From Actinomycetota bacterium (GTDB lineage Bacteria; Actinomycetota; AC-67): a DNA stretch of 33,683 nt. Numbering within the stretch: the stretch's first letter is position 1; every line of letters starts with the position of its first letter. A program made the position numbers and the translations under genes. The stretch covers positions 1 through 33,683 of the forward strand of contig DATLFO010000168.1 in assembly GCA_035541035.1 (NCBI GenBank), written 5' to 3'. Positions 16,645 to 24,421 of this stretch are shown here, one piece after another. The notes under the pieces are model-generated. The model saw only the letters and a list, made by a program, of their open reading frames with translations, did not search any database and had not been told where the DNA came from.

Positions 16645-17513
16645 GCCTTCCGGATGAACGCCGCGACCTCGGCGGATCCCTGCCCGAGCATCATCGAGAA
16701 GTGGCTCGCTTCCAGCAGGTGCGGCTCAAGATGGGGCACGCGCGCTTGCAGCGCAGCGATCTGCTCGTGCGAGTACAGGCCGGACGGCTCGTTCATCACG
16801 CCGCGCTGCGCGCGCAGGAAGATCGCGGGCCGGGTGATCTGCTCGATCGCCGTGACGGTCAGTGGATCGGTGAGCGTGTCGCGCGAGTCGGCGTAGACCG
16901 CCTCCAGCGATACGCCGCTTCGCAGCGCGGGCTCGTCCCCGATCAGGTCATAGTTCACGTATGCCTGCACGTGCTCGTTGAAGTCGCCGGCGAACGCGGG
17001 ATGGCGTCTCCAGAAATCCTGATACGCGGCCCGCGAGGCGAACGTGGTCTTGAGCCGCTCCATCGACGGGCCGATGATCTGGTGCAGCAGCGCGTCGATG
17101 TCGGCCTCCACCGGCGCGTCGAGCAGCTTGATCCCGCCGTCCATGATCACCAGGCCCCCGACGCGTTCCGGGTGACGGACGGCCGCGACGGCGACCACGA
17201 ACGCACCCATCGAATGCCCGACGAACACCGCGTTCGGCAGCGACAGGTGATCCAGCACCGCAGCCAGATCCTCGGTGTGCTGCGGGATCCCGAACGGGCC
17301 GGTGATCGCGTTCGAGCCGCCGCGGCCGCGCAGGTCCGGCGCGACGACGGTGACGTCGCCGTCGAGATGCTCGGCGATCAGCGACCAGGCACGGTGCGTG
17401 GCGGTCACGCCGTGTGCGCACAGCGCGACCGGCGCGCCGTCACGGCCCGGCCAGCGCGCGACGCGAAGCGTCCCGCCGGCAACCGGCACGTCGAACAGCT
17501 CGGGCGCGCGCAT
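16632..17513 (-). CDS. Alpha/beta-fold hydrolase (293 aa)
   Basis: ATG at 17513-17511 directly abuts the TAG of the upstream synthetase gene. The nucleophile elbow is FVGHSMGAF, in a typical alpha/beta-hydrolase layout. Confidence 0.85.
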   Translation of the reverse strand: MRAPELFDVPVAGGTLRVARWPGRDGAPVALCAHGVTATHRAWSLIAEHLDGDVTVVAPDLRGRGGSNAITGPFGIPQHTEDLAAVLDHLSLPNAVFVGHSMGAFVVAVAAVRHPERVGGLVIMDGGIKLLDAPVEADIDALLHQIIGPSMERLKTTFASRAAYQDFWRRHPAFAGDFNEHVQAYVNYDLIGDEPALRSGVSLEAVYADSRDTLTDPLTVTAIEQITRPAIFLRAQRGVMNEPSGLYSHEQIAALQARVPHLEPHLLEASHFSMMLGQGSAEVAAFIRKACGA

Positions 17514-19124
17514 CTACGGCAGCTCCATGTGATCCAGCTGCGCGCGGATCACCTTCTTGTCGATCTTGCCGACGCTGGTCTTAGGGATCTCGTCCACGAT
17601 CACCACGCCATCGGGGAGCCACCACTTCGCGACCAGCGGCGTCAGGAACTCCCGCACCGATTCGAGTGTCGGATGCTCGTCGCCGGCGGGAACGACGACG
17701 GCGACCGGCCGCTCGTCCCACTTGCGGCTGCGGATGCCCACGACCGCCGCGTCGCGGATCAAAGGATGGCCGAGCAGCGCGCCTTCCAGCTCGACCGAGC
17801 TGATCCACTCGCCGCCCGACTTCACCAGATCCTTGGCGCGGTCGACGATCCGGAAGGTTCCGTCGGGCTCCATGAACGCCATGTCGCCCGTCCGCAGCCA
17901 GCCGTCGTGGAACTTCTCGCGCGAGCCCTCCGGATCGTTGTAGTAGGCCGACGCGATCCAGGGGCCGCGGCACTCCAGCTCGCCCACGGTCTTGCCGTCG
18001 CGCGGGCACACGCTGCCGTCGGGCGCGACGATGCGCGCCTCCAGGCCGGGAAAGATCGTGCCGGTCTTCTCGCGCTGGTCCAGCAGCCCGTCGCGATCCA
18101 GGCCGCGATGTCCGCGCCGCGGCAGCGAGATGCACGCGAGCGGACCGGTCTCGGTCATGCCCCACATCTGCACGATCTCGATGCCCTGCTTGTCGTAGGC
18201 GTCGATCAGCGGCCGTGGCAGTGCGCTGCCGCCGACGTAGATGCCGCGCAGCGACGAGGCATCGACGTCCTTGCGCTCGATCAGCGGCAGCAGGTCTTTC
18301 CAGATCGTGGGCACACCCGCGGTCAGCGTGACACGCTCCTGCTCGATGATGCGGCCGATGTTGGCGGCGGATGAGTCCGAGCCGTGGAAGATCAGCTCGG
18401 CGCCGGCGAACGGAGCGGCGTAGGGGAGCCCCCAGCCGAACGCGTGGAACATCGGCACGATCGGAAAGACGCGGTCGGTTTCGGTCAGCGCCAGCGTTCC
18501 CGCCATCGCGGTCGCCATCGAGTGCAGCCACATCCCGCGATGCGACGACAGCACGCCCTTGGGCATGCCGGTGGTGCCGGACGTGTAGCACAGCCCGCAG
18601 CCGGCATGCTCGTCGATCGTGGGCAGCGAATCCGGCGCTGCCGGGGCGGCCGCGGACAGCAGCGAGTCGTAGTCATGCGCGGGGGTCAGGCCGTGCGCGT
18701 CGCCGTCGCCCATCACGACGTAGGCGCCGACCGTGGCCAGCTTCGGCGCGACCTCGGCCAGCGCGCCGCACAGCTCGGCGTCGACGAAGATCACGCGGTC
18801 CTCGGCGTGATTGGCGATGTAGGCGATCTGCTCGTCGTAGAGGCGCACGTTGATCGTGTGCAGCACCGCGCCGATCAGCGGCACCGCGTGATACAGCGCG
18901 AAATGCCGCGCCGAATTGAACGCGAACGTGCCGACCCGGTCGCCGGAGCGCACGCCGAGGCCGTGCAGCACCGTGACGAGCTTGAGGACCTCCTCGGAGA
19001 GCGCGCCGTAGGTCGTGCGGCCCTCGGGCGAAACGACCTTGCCGTCGGCGTAGACGTCGCGCATCCGGTCGAAGATCGCCCGCAAGGTCAGGGGCGTGTG
19101 CTGCATCAGACCGGGAATAGTCAT
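17514..19124 (-). CDS. Fatty-acid--CoA ligase-like AMP-dependent synthetase (536 aa)
   Basis: ATG at 19124-19122 forms an ATGA overlap with the LivF-like stop. Motifs: LCYTSGTTGMPKGVLSSH, MWGMTETGP, WLRTGDMA, KSGGEWISSVELE, PKTSVGKIDKK. Confidence 0.9.
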   Translation of the reverse strand: MTIPGLMQHTPLTLRAIFDRMRDVYADGKVVSPEGRTTYGALSEEVLKLVTVLHGLGVRSGDRVGTFAFNSARHFALYHAVPLIGAVLHTINVRLYDEQIAYIANHAEDRVIFVDAELCGALAEVAPKLATVGAYVVMGDGDAHGLTPAHDYDSLLSAAAPAAPDSLPTIDEHAGCGLCYTSGTTGMPKGVLSSHRGMWLHSMATAMAGTLALTETDRVFPIVPMFHAFGWGLPYAAPFAGAELIFHGSDSSAANIGRIIEQERVTLTAGVPTIWKDLLPLIERKDVDASSLRGIYVGGSALPRPLIDAYDKQGIEIVQMWGMTETGPLACISLPRRGHRGLDRDGLLDQREKTGTIFPGLEARIVAPDGSVCPRDGKTVGELECRGPWIASAYYNDPEGSREKFHDGWLRTGDMAFMEPDGTFRIVDRAKDLVKSGGEWISSVELEGALLGHPLIRDAAVVGIRSRKWDERPVAVVVPAGDEHPTLESVREFLTPLVAKWWLPDGVVIVDEIPKTSVGKIDKKVIRAQLDHMELP

Positions 19125-20155
19125 GGCGCCTTCTTCGCTGGGGCCTTCTTCGCGGGGGCCTTCTTCGTGGCAGCGGCCATCTTGTTCGCGGGTGCCGCTG
19201 TCTTCTTCGCGCGCGCAGCCTTCTTCTTCGTGGGTGCCGCGGTCTTCTTCGTGGGCGCAGCCTTCTTGTCCAAGGGCGCGGCGGTCTTCTTCGTGGACGC
19301 CGCGGTCTTCTTCGTGGATGCCGCGGTCTTCTTCGCGTCAACTTTCTTGACGAGTGCCGTGGCGGGAACCTCCCTGGCAGGAGCTTTCTTCCTCGCGGCG
19401 GGAGCGTCCAGCAGCCGCCCGATGCCCAACGCCTGCACCATCGTCTCGTGATCGATGCCGGCGACGCGCTCCTGATATACGATCGTACCGCGCTGCATGA
19501 TCAACGCGCGATGCGCCAGCCGCAGCGCGAACGCCACGTGCTGCTCGACCAGCAGGATCGTCACGCCGTCGCGATTGACCTGCGTTAGCGCCTCGGCCAA
19601 CTCGTCCACGACCACCGGCGCGAGGCCCGCGGTCGGCTCGTCCACCAGCATCAGCTTCGGCTGGCTCACCAGCGCGCGCGCCAGCGCCAGCATCGCCTGC
19701 TCGCCGCCCGACAGCGTTCCCGCGGGCTGGTCGCGCCGCTCACCAAGACGCGGGAAGCGCTCGTACATCGCAGCCAGGTTGCGCGTATACCGTTCCCGGT
19801 CGCGGCGGCGCAGCAGATAGCCGCCCAAGCGAATGTTCTCCTCGACGCTCAGCTCGGGAAAGACCTGCCGGCCCTGCGTCACGTGCGAGATTCCGAGCCC
19901 GACGCGATCCTCGACACCCATTGTTGTCATCGGCCGGCCGAAGAACGCGATTTGACCGTCCCAGGCCGGCACGATCCCGGCGATCGTCTTCATCGTCACC
20001 GACTTGCCGGCCCCGTTCAGGCCGAGGATGCACACGATCTCGCCTTCGGCGACGGTGAAGTCCACGCCGTGCAGCACCGTGTTCGAGCCGAAGCCGGTCC
20101 GAAGCCCGGACACGCGCAGCGCCTCGGCCGCGACGGGCTGCTCGAGCGCGCTCAT
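19121..20155 (-). CDS. LivF-like ABC transporter ATP-binding protein with a ~94-aa C-terminal Lys/Ala-rich repeat tail (344 aa)
   Basis: ATG at 20155-20153 forms an ATGA overlap with the upstream stop. It has Walker A GLNGAGKS, signature LSGGEQ and Walker B LMLVDEPTAGL. After about residue 250, and in the same frame with no stop, comes ARKKAPAREV...KKTAASTKKTAASTKKTAAPLDKKAAPTKKTAAPTKKKAARAKKTAAPANKMAAATKKAPAKKAPAKKAP. Confidence 0.85.
   Translation of the reverse strand: MSALEQPVAAEALRVSGLRTGFGSNTVLHGVDFTVAEGEIVCILGLNGAGKSVTMKTIAGIVPAWDGQIAFFGRPMTTMGVEDRVGLGISHVTQGRQVFPELSVEENIRLGGYLLRRRDRERYTRNLAAMYERFPRLGERRDQPAGTLSGGEQAMLALARALVSQPKLMLVDEPTAGLAPVVVDELAEALTQVNRDGVTILLVEQHVAFALRLAHRALIMQRGTIVYQERVAGIDHETMVQALGIGRLLDAPAARKKAPAREVPATALVKKVDAKKTAASTKKTAASTKKTAAPLDKKAAPTKKTAAPTKKKAARAKKTAAPANKMAAATKKAPAKKAPAKKAP
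19125..19340 (-). repeat. Imperfect in-frame tandem DNA repeats (about 21-nt period, for example CGCGGTCTTCTTCGTGGAYGC) encoding the KKTAA-type tail
   Basis: Read directly: the GGTCTTCTTCGTGG core recurs at roughly 19241, 19283 and 19304, with a variant GGTCTTCTTCGCG at about 19325. Related GGCCTTCTTCG units occur at 19141-19165. Confidence 0.7.
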
Positions 20156-22008
20156 GCCTTCACCCCCGCCGATCCGAGGTAGGCATCCACGACCGTCGGG
20201 TCCGACACGATCTCGGCCGGCGTGCCGTGCGCAAGCACTTTGCCGAGGTTCAGCACGTACACCTCGTCGCACACGTCCAGAACCAGCGGGATGTGATGCT
20301 CGATCAGCAGCACCGTGCGGCCTAGGTCGTCACGCAGCTCACGCAGACGCTGCGCGAGCGACTCGATCACGGCCGGTGCCATGCCGGCGCTCGGTTCGTC
20401 CAGCATCATCATCTCGGGTGCGGTGGACAGCGCTGCGGCGATCTCGACGATGCGCTGCTGTCCGCCCGACAGATGCTTGACCGGCACGTCCGCGTAGCGC
20501 TCGAAGCCCAGCGATGCGATCGCGGCACGTGCGCGCTCGTCCAGCTCGCGTTCCTCGCGCGTGCGGCGCGGCGTCGCGGCCAGCGCATGCCAGGTTCCGT
20601 ACGAGGCGTGCGAATGCTGCGCCAGCAATAGGTTCTCGCGCACGCTCAGGTTGCGGGCCAGGCCGACGAGCTGGAAGGTGCGGCCGATGCCCATCGCGGC
20701 GCGCTGATGCGGCGGCAGGTCCTGAATCGACGTGCCGTCGTAGATGACCTGGCCGGCCTGCATTTTCACGAAACCCGAGATCGCGTTGAACAGCGTGGTC
20801 TTGCCGGCGCCGTTCGGGCCGATCAGTCCGACGATCCTGCCACGCGGCACCGTCAGCGAGGCGCCGTCCACCGCGCGAAGCCCCCCGAACGCGACCTGCA
20901 CGTCGCGGACTTCCAGCAGCGGCGGAGCGTCGGCCGCGACCGCAGCGGGCGCAAGACCGGTGCGCGGCAGCGCGGGCACGGCCTGCTCGTCGGTGTCGCC
21001 GGCCAGTCCAGCCCGCGCGGCCTTCGCGGCCTTGGCCTCTTTGCCTTCGCGGATCGCGCCCGCGAACCCGCCGGGATGCTTGGCGAGCGTATAGATCAGC
21101 AGGAACGCGCCGACCAGCAGATCCCAATCCTTCAAGGCCGTCAGGAGCCGCGGGAAGAAGCCGAACAGAAACGCGGCGATCACCACACCGGCGCGACTGC
21201 CGAGCCCGCCGATCACCACGAACGTCACCAGCAGCAGCGAGAACTGATAGTCGAACACGTCGGATGCGACGGTGCCGACCAGATGCCCGTAGGTCATGCC
21301 CGCGATCCCCGCCAGCGCACCCGAGATCACGAACGCCAGCAGCTTGAAGCGCGTCACGTCGATGCCGAACGATTGCGCGACCTGCTCGTCCTCGCGGATC
21401 GCGTGGAACGCGCGGCCCAGACGCGAACGCACCAGGTTGACGTCCAGCCACCAGAACGCGACCAGCGTCACCAGGATCAACGCAAGGAAGTCGCCGTCGA
21501 TCAGGAAGATGAACCGTCCCGCGACCGGGCGCGGCAGCATCACCGGGCCGCCGCCTTGCCAAGGAAGCTGATACAGCGTGTTCTCGGCGAAAAAGACCAA
21601 GCCGATCGTGGTGATCGCCAGATACAGGCCGCGCAATCGCAGTGCGGGCAGGCCCGCGACGAAGGCCAGCAGGGCGCCCGCACCGGCCGCGAACGGCAGC
21701 GTGATCAGGTACGACCAGCCCAGCCGCCCGGTCAGCAGGCCGGACGTGTACGCGCCGATGCCCAGCAGCGCCGCATGGCCCAGCGAGATCTGTCCCGCAT
21801 AGCCCATCAAGATGTTCAGCGAGATCGCCATCAGTGCGAAGCACGCGCCGTAGCCGATCACCGACGCGCGGAACGACGACAGGATGTCGGCGCGCGCCAG
21901 CAGCGGGGGTGCGATCACGCAGACCGCCAGCACGATCAGGATCGTTCGGGTGCGTTTGGAAACCACCGGCAGCCCGGCGCCGCGGAGCCGCTGCACCATG
22001 TCGGTCAT
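20152..22008 (-). CDS. Liv-type ABC transporter with LivM-like permease fused to LivG-like ATPase (618 aa)
   Basis: Track ORF 20152..22740. I place the start at ATG 22008-22006 (MTDMVQRLRG), which forms an ATGA overlap with the LivH-like stop. The permease part has GYAGQISLGHAALLGIGAY and FHAIREDEQVAQSFGID. The ATPase part has GPNGAGKTT, LSGGQQR and MMMLDEPSAG, ending in DAYLG. Confidence 0.9.
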   Translation of the reverse strand: MTDMVQRLRGAGLPVVSKRTRTILIVLAVCVIAPPLLARADILSSFRASVIGYGACFALMAISLNILMGYAGQISLGHAALLGIGAYTSGLLTGRLGWSYLITLPFAAGAGALLAFVAGLPALRLRGLYLAITTIGLVFFAENTLYQLPWQGGGPVMLPRPVAGRFIFLIDGDFLALILVTLVAFWWLDVNLVRSRLGRAFHAIREDEQVAQSFGIDVTRFKLLAFVISGALAGIAGMTYGHLVGTVASDVFDYQFSLLLVTFVVIGGLGSRAGVVIAAFLFGFFPRLLTALKDWDLLVGAFLLIYTLAKHPGGFAGAIREGKEAKAAKAARAGLAGDTDEQAVPALPRTGLAPAAVAADAPPLLEVRDVQVAFGGLRAVDGASLTVPRGRIVGLIGPNGAGKTTLFNAISGFVKMQAGQVIYDGTSIQDLPPHQRAAMGIGRTFQLVGLARNLSVRENLLLAQHSHASYGTWHALAATPRRTREERELDERARAAIASLGFERYADVPVKHLSGGQQRIVEIAAALSTAPEMMMLDEPSAGMAPAVIESLAQRLRELRDDLGRTVLLIEHHIPLVLDVCDEVYVLNLGKVLAHGTPAEIVSDPTVVDAYLGSAGVKA

Positions 22009-22880
22009 GTGCGCGCCCGCCCCAGCAGACCCTGCGGCCGCAGCATCAGCACCAGCAGCATCGCGGCGAAGATCGCCATCGTGCCCACGCCCGGCAGCCA
22101 GGTCACGTCGAGGAACCATTGCCGCACGACCTGATCGATCAGACCCATCACGATGCCGCCCAGGAACGCGCCCGACGGATTCGTCAGACCACCGACCAGC
22201 GCGGCGGCCAGCGCCGGAACGAACAATCCGTTGAGCGTCCCGGCCGCGAACCCACCGATCGACGGCTCGACCAGAAGCATCGCGATCGCCGACAGCGCGC
22301 CCGCCAGCGTCCAGGTGAACGCCGACACCTTCCACAGCCGCACGCCGACCATCTGCGTCGCGACCGGATCCTGTGCGGCCGCGAGCACACCCAACCCGAA
22401 GTCGGTGCGACGCAAGAACCAGGCCAGGCCGAAGCCCAGCGCGGCGACGATGATCAGCGACAGGATCTGCGTCGGGCTGACGTGCACGCCCAGGATCTTC
22501 GGGCCGAGCCCCTCGATCGGATGCGACAGGAAACGCGGCGCGGCGGTCCAAACCTTGATCTCGAACGCCATCAGGAACGCGCCGAGCCCGATCGTTGCGA
22601 CCGCGACGGTCAGGCGGGGGGCGTCCATCATGCGCGACACGACCAGCCGCTCGAACGCGAACGACACCAGCGCGGCGGCGGCGACGCCGGCCAGCGCGCC
22701 GACCATCCAGGGCATGCCCGCCTCTTCGATCAACGCCCACGCCATGAATACACCCAGCGTGCCGGTTTCGATCGCGGCCAGGTTCAGCACCCGCGATCCG
22801 CGGTAAACAAGGACGATCCCGAGCGCGATGAGCCCGTAGATGCCGCCGACGACGATGCCGGAGATCAGTGCGCTGCCCAT
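22005..22880 (-). CDS. LivH-like ABC transporter permease (291 aa)
   Basis: ATG at 22880-22878, 7 nt after the SBP stop. The N-terminus is typical (GIVVGGIYGLIALGIVLVYRGSRVLNLA), and AAAQDPVATQMVGV is present. The protein is multi-TM. Confidence 0.9.
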   Translation of the reverse strand: MGSALISGIVVGGIYGLIALGIVLVYRGSRVLNLAAIETGTLGVFMAWALIEEAGMPWMVGALAGVAAAALVSFAFERLVVSRMMDAPRLTVAVATIGLGAFLMAFEIKVWTAAPRFLSHPIEGLGPKILGVHVSPTQILSLIIVAALGFGLAWFLRRTDFGLGVLAAAQDPVATQMVGVRLWKVSAFTWTLAGALSAIAMLLVEPSIGGFAAGTLNGLFVPALAAALVGGLTNPSGAFLGGIVMGLIDQVVRQWFLDVTWLPGVGTMAIFAAMLLVLMLRPQGLLGRART

Positions 22881-22887
22881 GTGATCC

Positions 22888-24354
22888 CTAGCCCAGGCTT
22901 TCCTTGCACCACGTCGTGGTCTTCCAAGCTCCGTTTTGGCCGCGGTCGAAGGTCTCCAGCGTCACGAACTGATGCAGGCCAACTCGCCCGCCCATCGACT
23001 TCTTGTGCGCGAAGTTGGTCTCGCAGTTCGGGTTGATGCGCGTCTTGAGGCCGGCGAGGAACGTGCCGGCGATCCGGTTGCGTGTGCAGGTGCGGCCGCA
23101 GTCCAGCAGCATCTGGTGCAGGAACTTGTTGCCGATCCAGACCTGCCACAGGATGTCGTTGGGCGTGACGCCGGGACGGTACTTGCGGTAGGCGGCTTCG
23201 AAGCGTTTGATCTCATCGTCGTATCCGTACTGGCTGAATGCGCCGCCGTATCCGCCGGACGTGTAGGCGCTCCAGGTGCCCACGCCTTCGATGGTCGGGC
23301 CCAGCGCGTTGTTCTTGCCGATCAGATCCAGCGTCGTCTGGAACGGGAACACGATCCACTTCGGCCGGTAGCCTTGTTCGGCTGCCTGGCGGATGATCTG
23401 TCCCGCGGCGAGCGCGTTCTCCCAGATCCACACGACCTTGACGTCGGCGTTCTGCAGCTCGCGGATCTCCAGGTTGTAGGTTCCTTGATTCTTGATCGTC
23501 TCGAGGTCCTTGGCGGGCGTGATGCCGCGGCGCTTCAGCTCGGCGACGCCGCTGTCGTGGCCGGGCTTCCAGTACTCGCTGTTGCGCGAGATGATCCCCA
23601 GCTTCTTGCCCTTGTGTCGCGTCGCGATGTACTCGCCGAACGCGACGCCGACCTGCTCGACCGTGGGCTGCGTCGAGAACGAGTGCACCGCCCGTTCCAT
23701 GCCCTTGGCGATCGCCATGTGGTGCAGGTAGAGCGTCTTTTGCCGCTCGGCCTCTTCTCTCGCGAACGGGATCTGGTCGAAGCCGATGCCGCCCAGGATG
23801 AAGAACGGCTTCTTGTCCACGCAGCGCTTGACCACCGCGGCCGCTTCGGTGCCGTCGTAGCGGTCGTCTTCGTAGCTGATGGCGACGCGGCGGCCGTGAA
23901 TCTTGTCGGCCGTGTCGTTGACCTGCTGCCAGTACACGCTCAGATCGGCCGCGCTGATGTTGAACGCTGCGGCCAGCACCAGCGCCGCGTGCCCGCACAG
24001 CGTGATCTGGCTGTCGGTGATCCCGATCGTGTCGGCCGAGCCCTTGTAGATGTTGGCCACGTACTGCTTCGGCCTGTCCGTCGTGCGGTTCGTCGGGACC
24101 GGCCCGCCCGTCGGGGGGAGGGGCGTGGTCGTGACGCCGCCCGACGGGATGGCGGTCGGCAGCACCGTCGTGCCGGGCAGGGGAGTCCCGTTCTCGGTCG
24201 GGCCGCCGGCGACCGGCTCTTCGTCGGGATCAACGATGGTGACCTGCGGATCGTTGGCCTTGGCGCCGTAGTGCCAGTCGGGAAGCGAGCCCGAGCATGC
24301 GACGGTGACCATGCCGAGCGCGACCAGCGCCGCAACCGAACGAAAACGTCTCAC
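22888..24354 (-). CDS. ABC transporter substrate-binding protein (type-1 PBP fold), probable lipoprotein with a long Pro/Thr/Gly tether
   Basis: Track ORF 22888..24363 starts at a GTG. I prefer the GTG at 24354-24352, 5 nt after GAGGTGG. The N-terminus (RRFRSVAALVALGMVTVACSGS) is lipobox-like. The core (KPFFILGGIGFDQIPF...GKKLGIISRNSEYWKPGHDSG...VKVVWIWENALAAGQIIRQA) fits the LivK-family pattern. Confidence 0.8.
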   Translation of the reverse strand: MRRFRSVAALVALGMVTVACSGSLPDWHYGAKANDPQVTIVDPDEEPVAGGPTENGTPLPGTTVLPTAIPSGGVTTTPLPPTGGPVPTNRTTDRPKQYVANIYKGSADTIGITDSQITLCGHAALVLAAAFNISAADLSVYWQQVNDTADKIHGRRVAISYEDDRYDGTEAAAVVKRCVDKKPFFILGGIGFDQIPFAREEAERQKTLYLHHMAIAKGMERAVHSFSTQPTVEQVGVAFGEYIATRHKGKKLGIISRNSEYWKPGHDSGVAELKRRGITPAKDLETIKNQGTYNLEIRELQNADVKVVWIWENALAAGQIIRQAAEQGYRPKWIVFPFQTTLDLIGKNNALGPTIEGVGTWSAYTSGGYGGAFSQYGYDDEIKRFEAAYRKYRPGVTPNDILWQVWIGNKFLHQMLLDCGRTCTRNRIAGTFLAGLKTRINPNCETNFAHKKSMGGRVGLHQFVTLETFDRGQNGAWKTTTWCKESLG

Positions 24355-24370
24355 GAATACCACCTCGAAG

Positions 24371-24396
24371 GAATCGCCAGGACGCAGTCCTGATTC
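24371..24396 (-). other. Bulged hairpin between the esterase stop and the SBP start
   Basis: On the plus strand, GAATC-gcc-AGGAC gca GTCCTGATTC. It lies in the ~60-bp gap. No clear U-tract follows, so it could be a partial terminator or a processing site. Confidence 0.25.
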
Positions 24397-24421
24397 GCCG
24401 CGGATGGCCCGATCTCCTGTC

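Noticed and set aside
19124-19405. The Lys/Ala-rich region considered as a separate small histone-like gene.
   Set aside because: It is in the same frame as the LivF-like core with no intervening stop. It has no independent start or SD that I could see, and its last codons form the ATGA overlap with the next gene.
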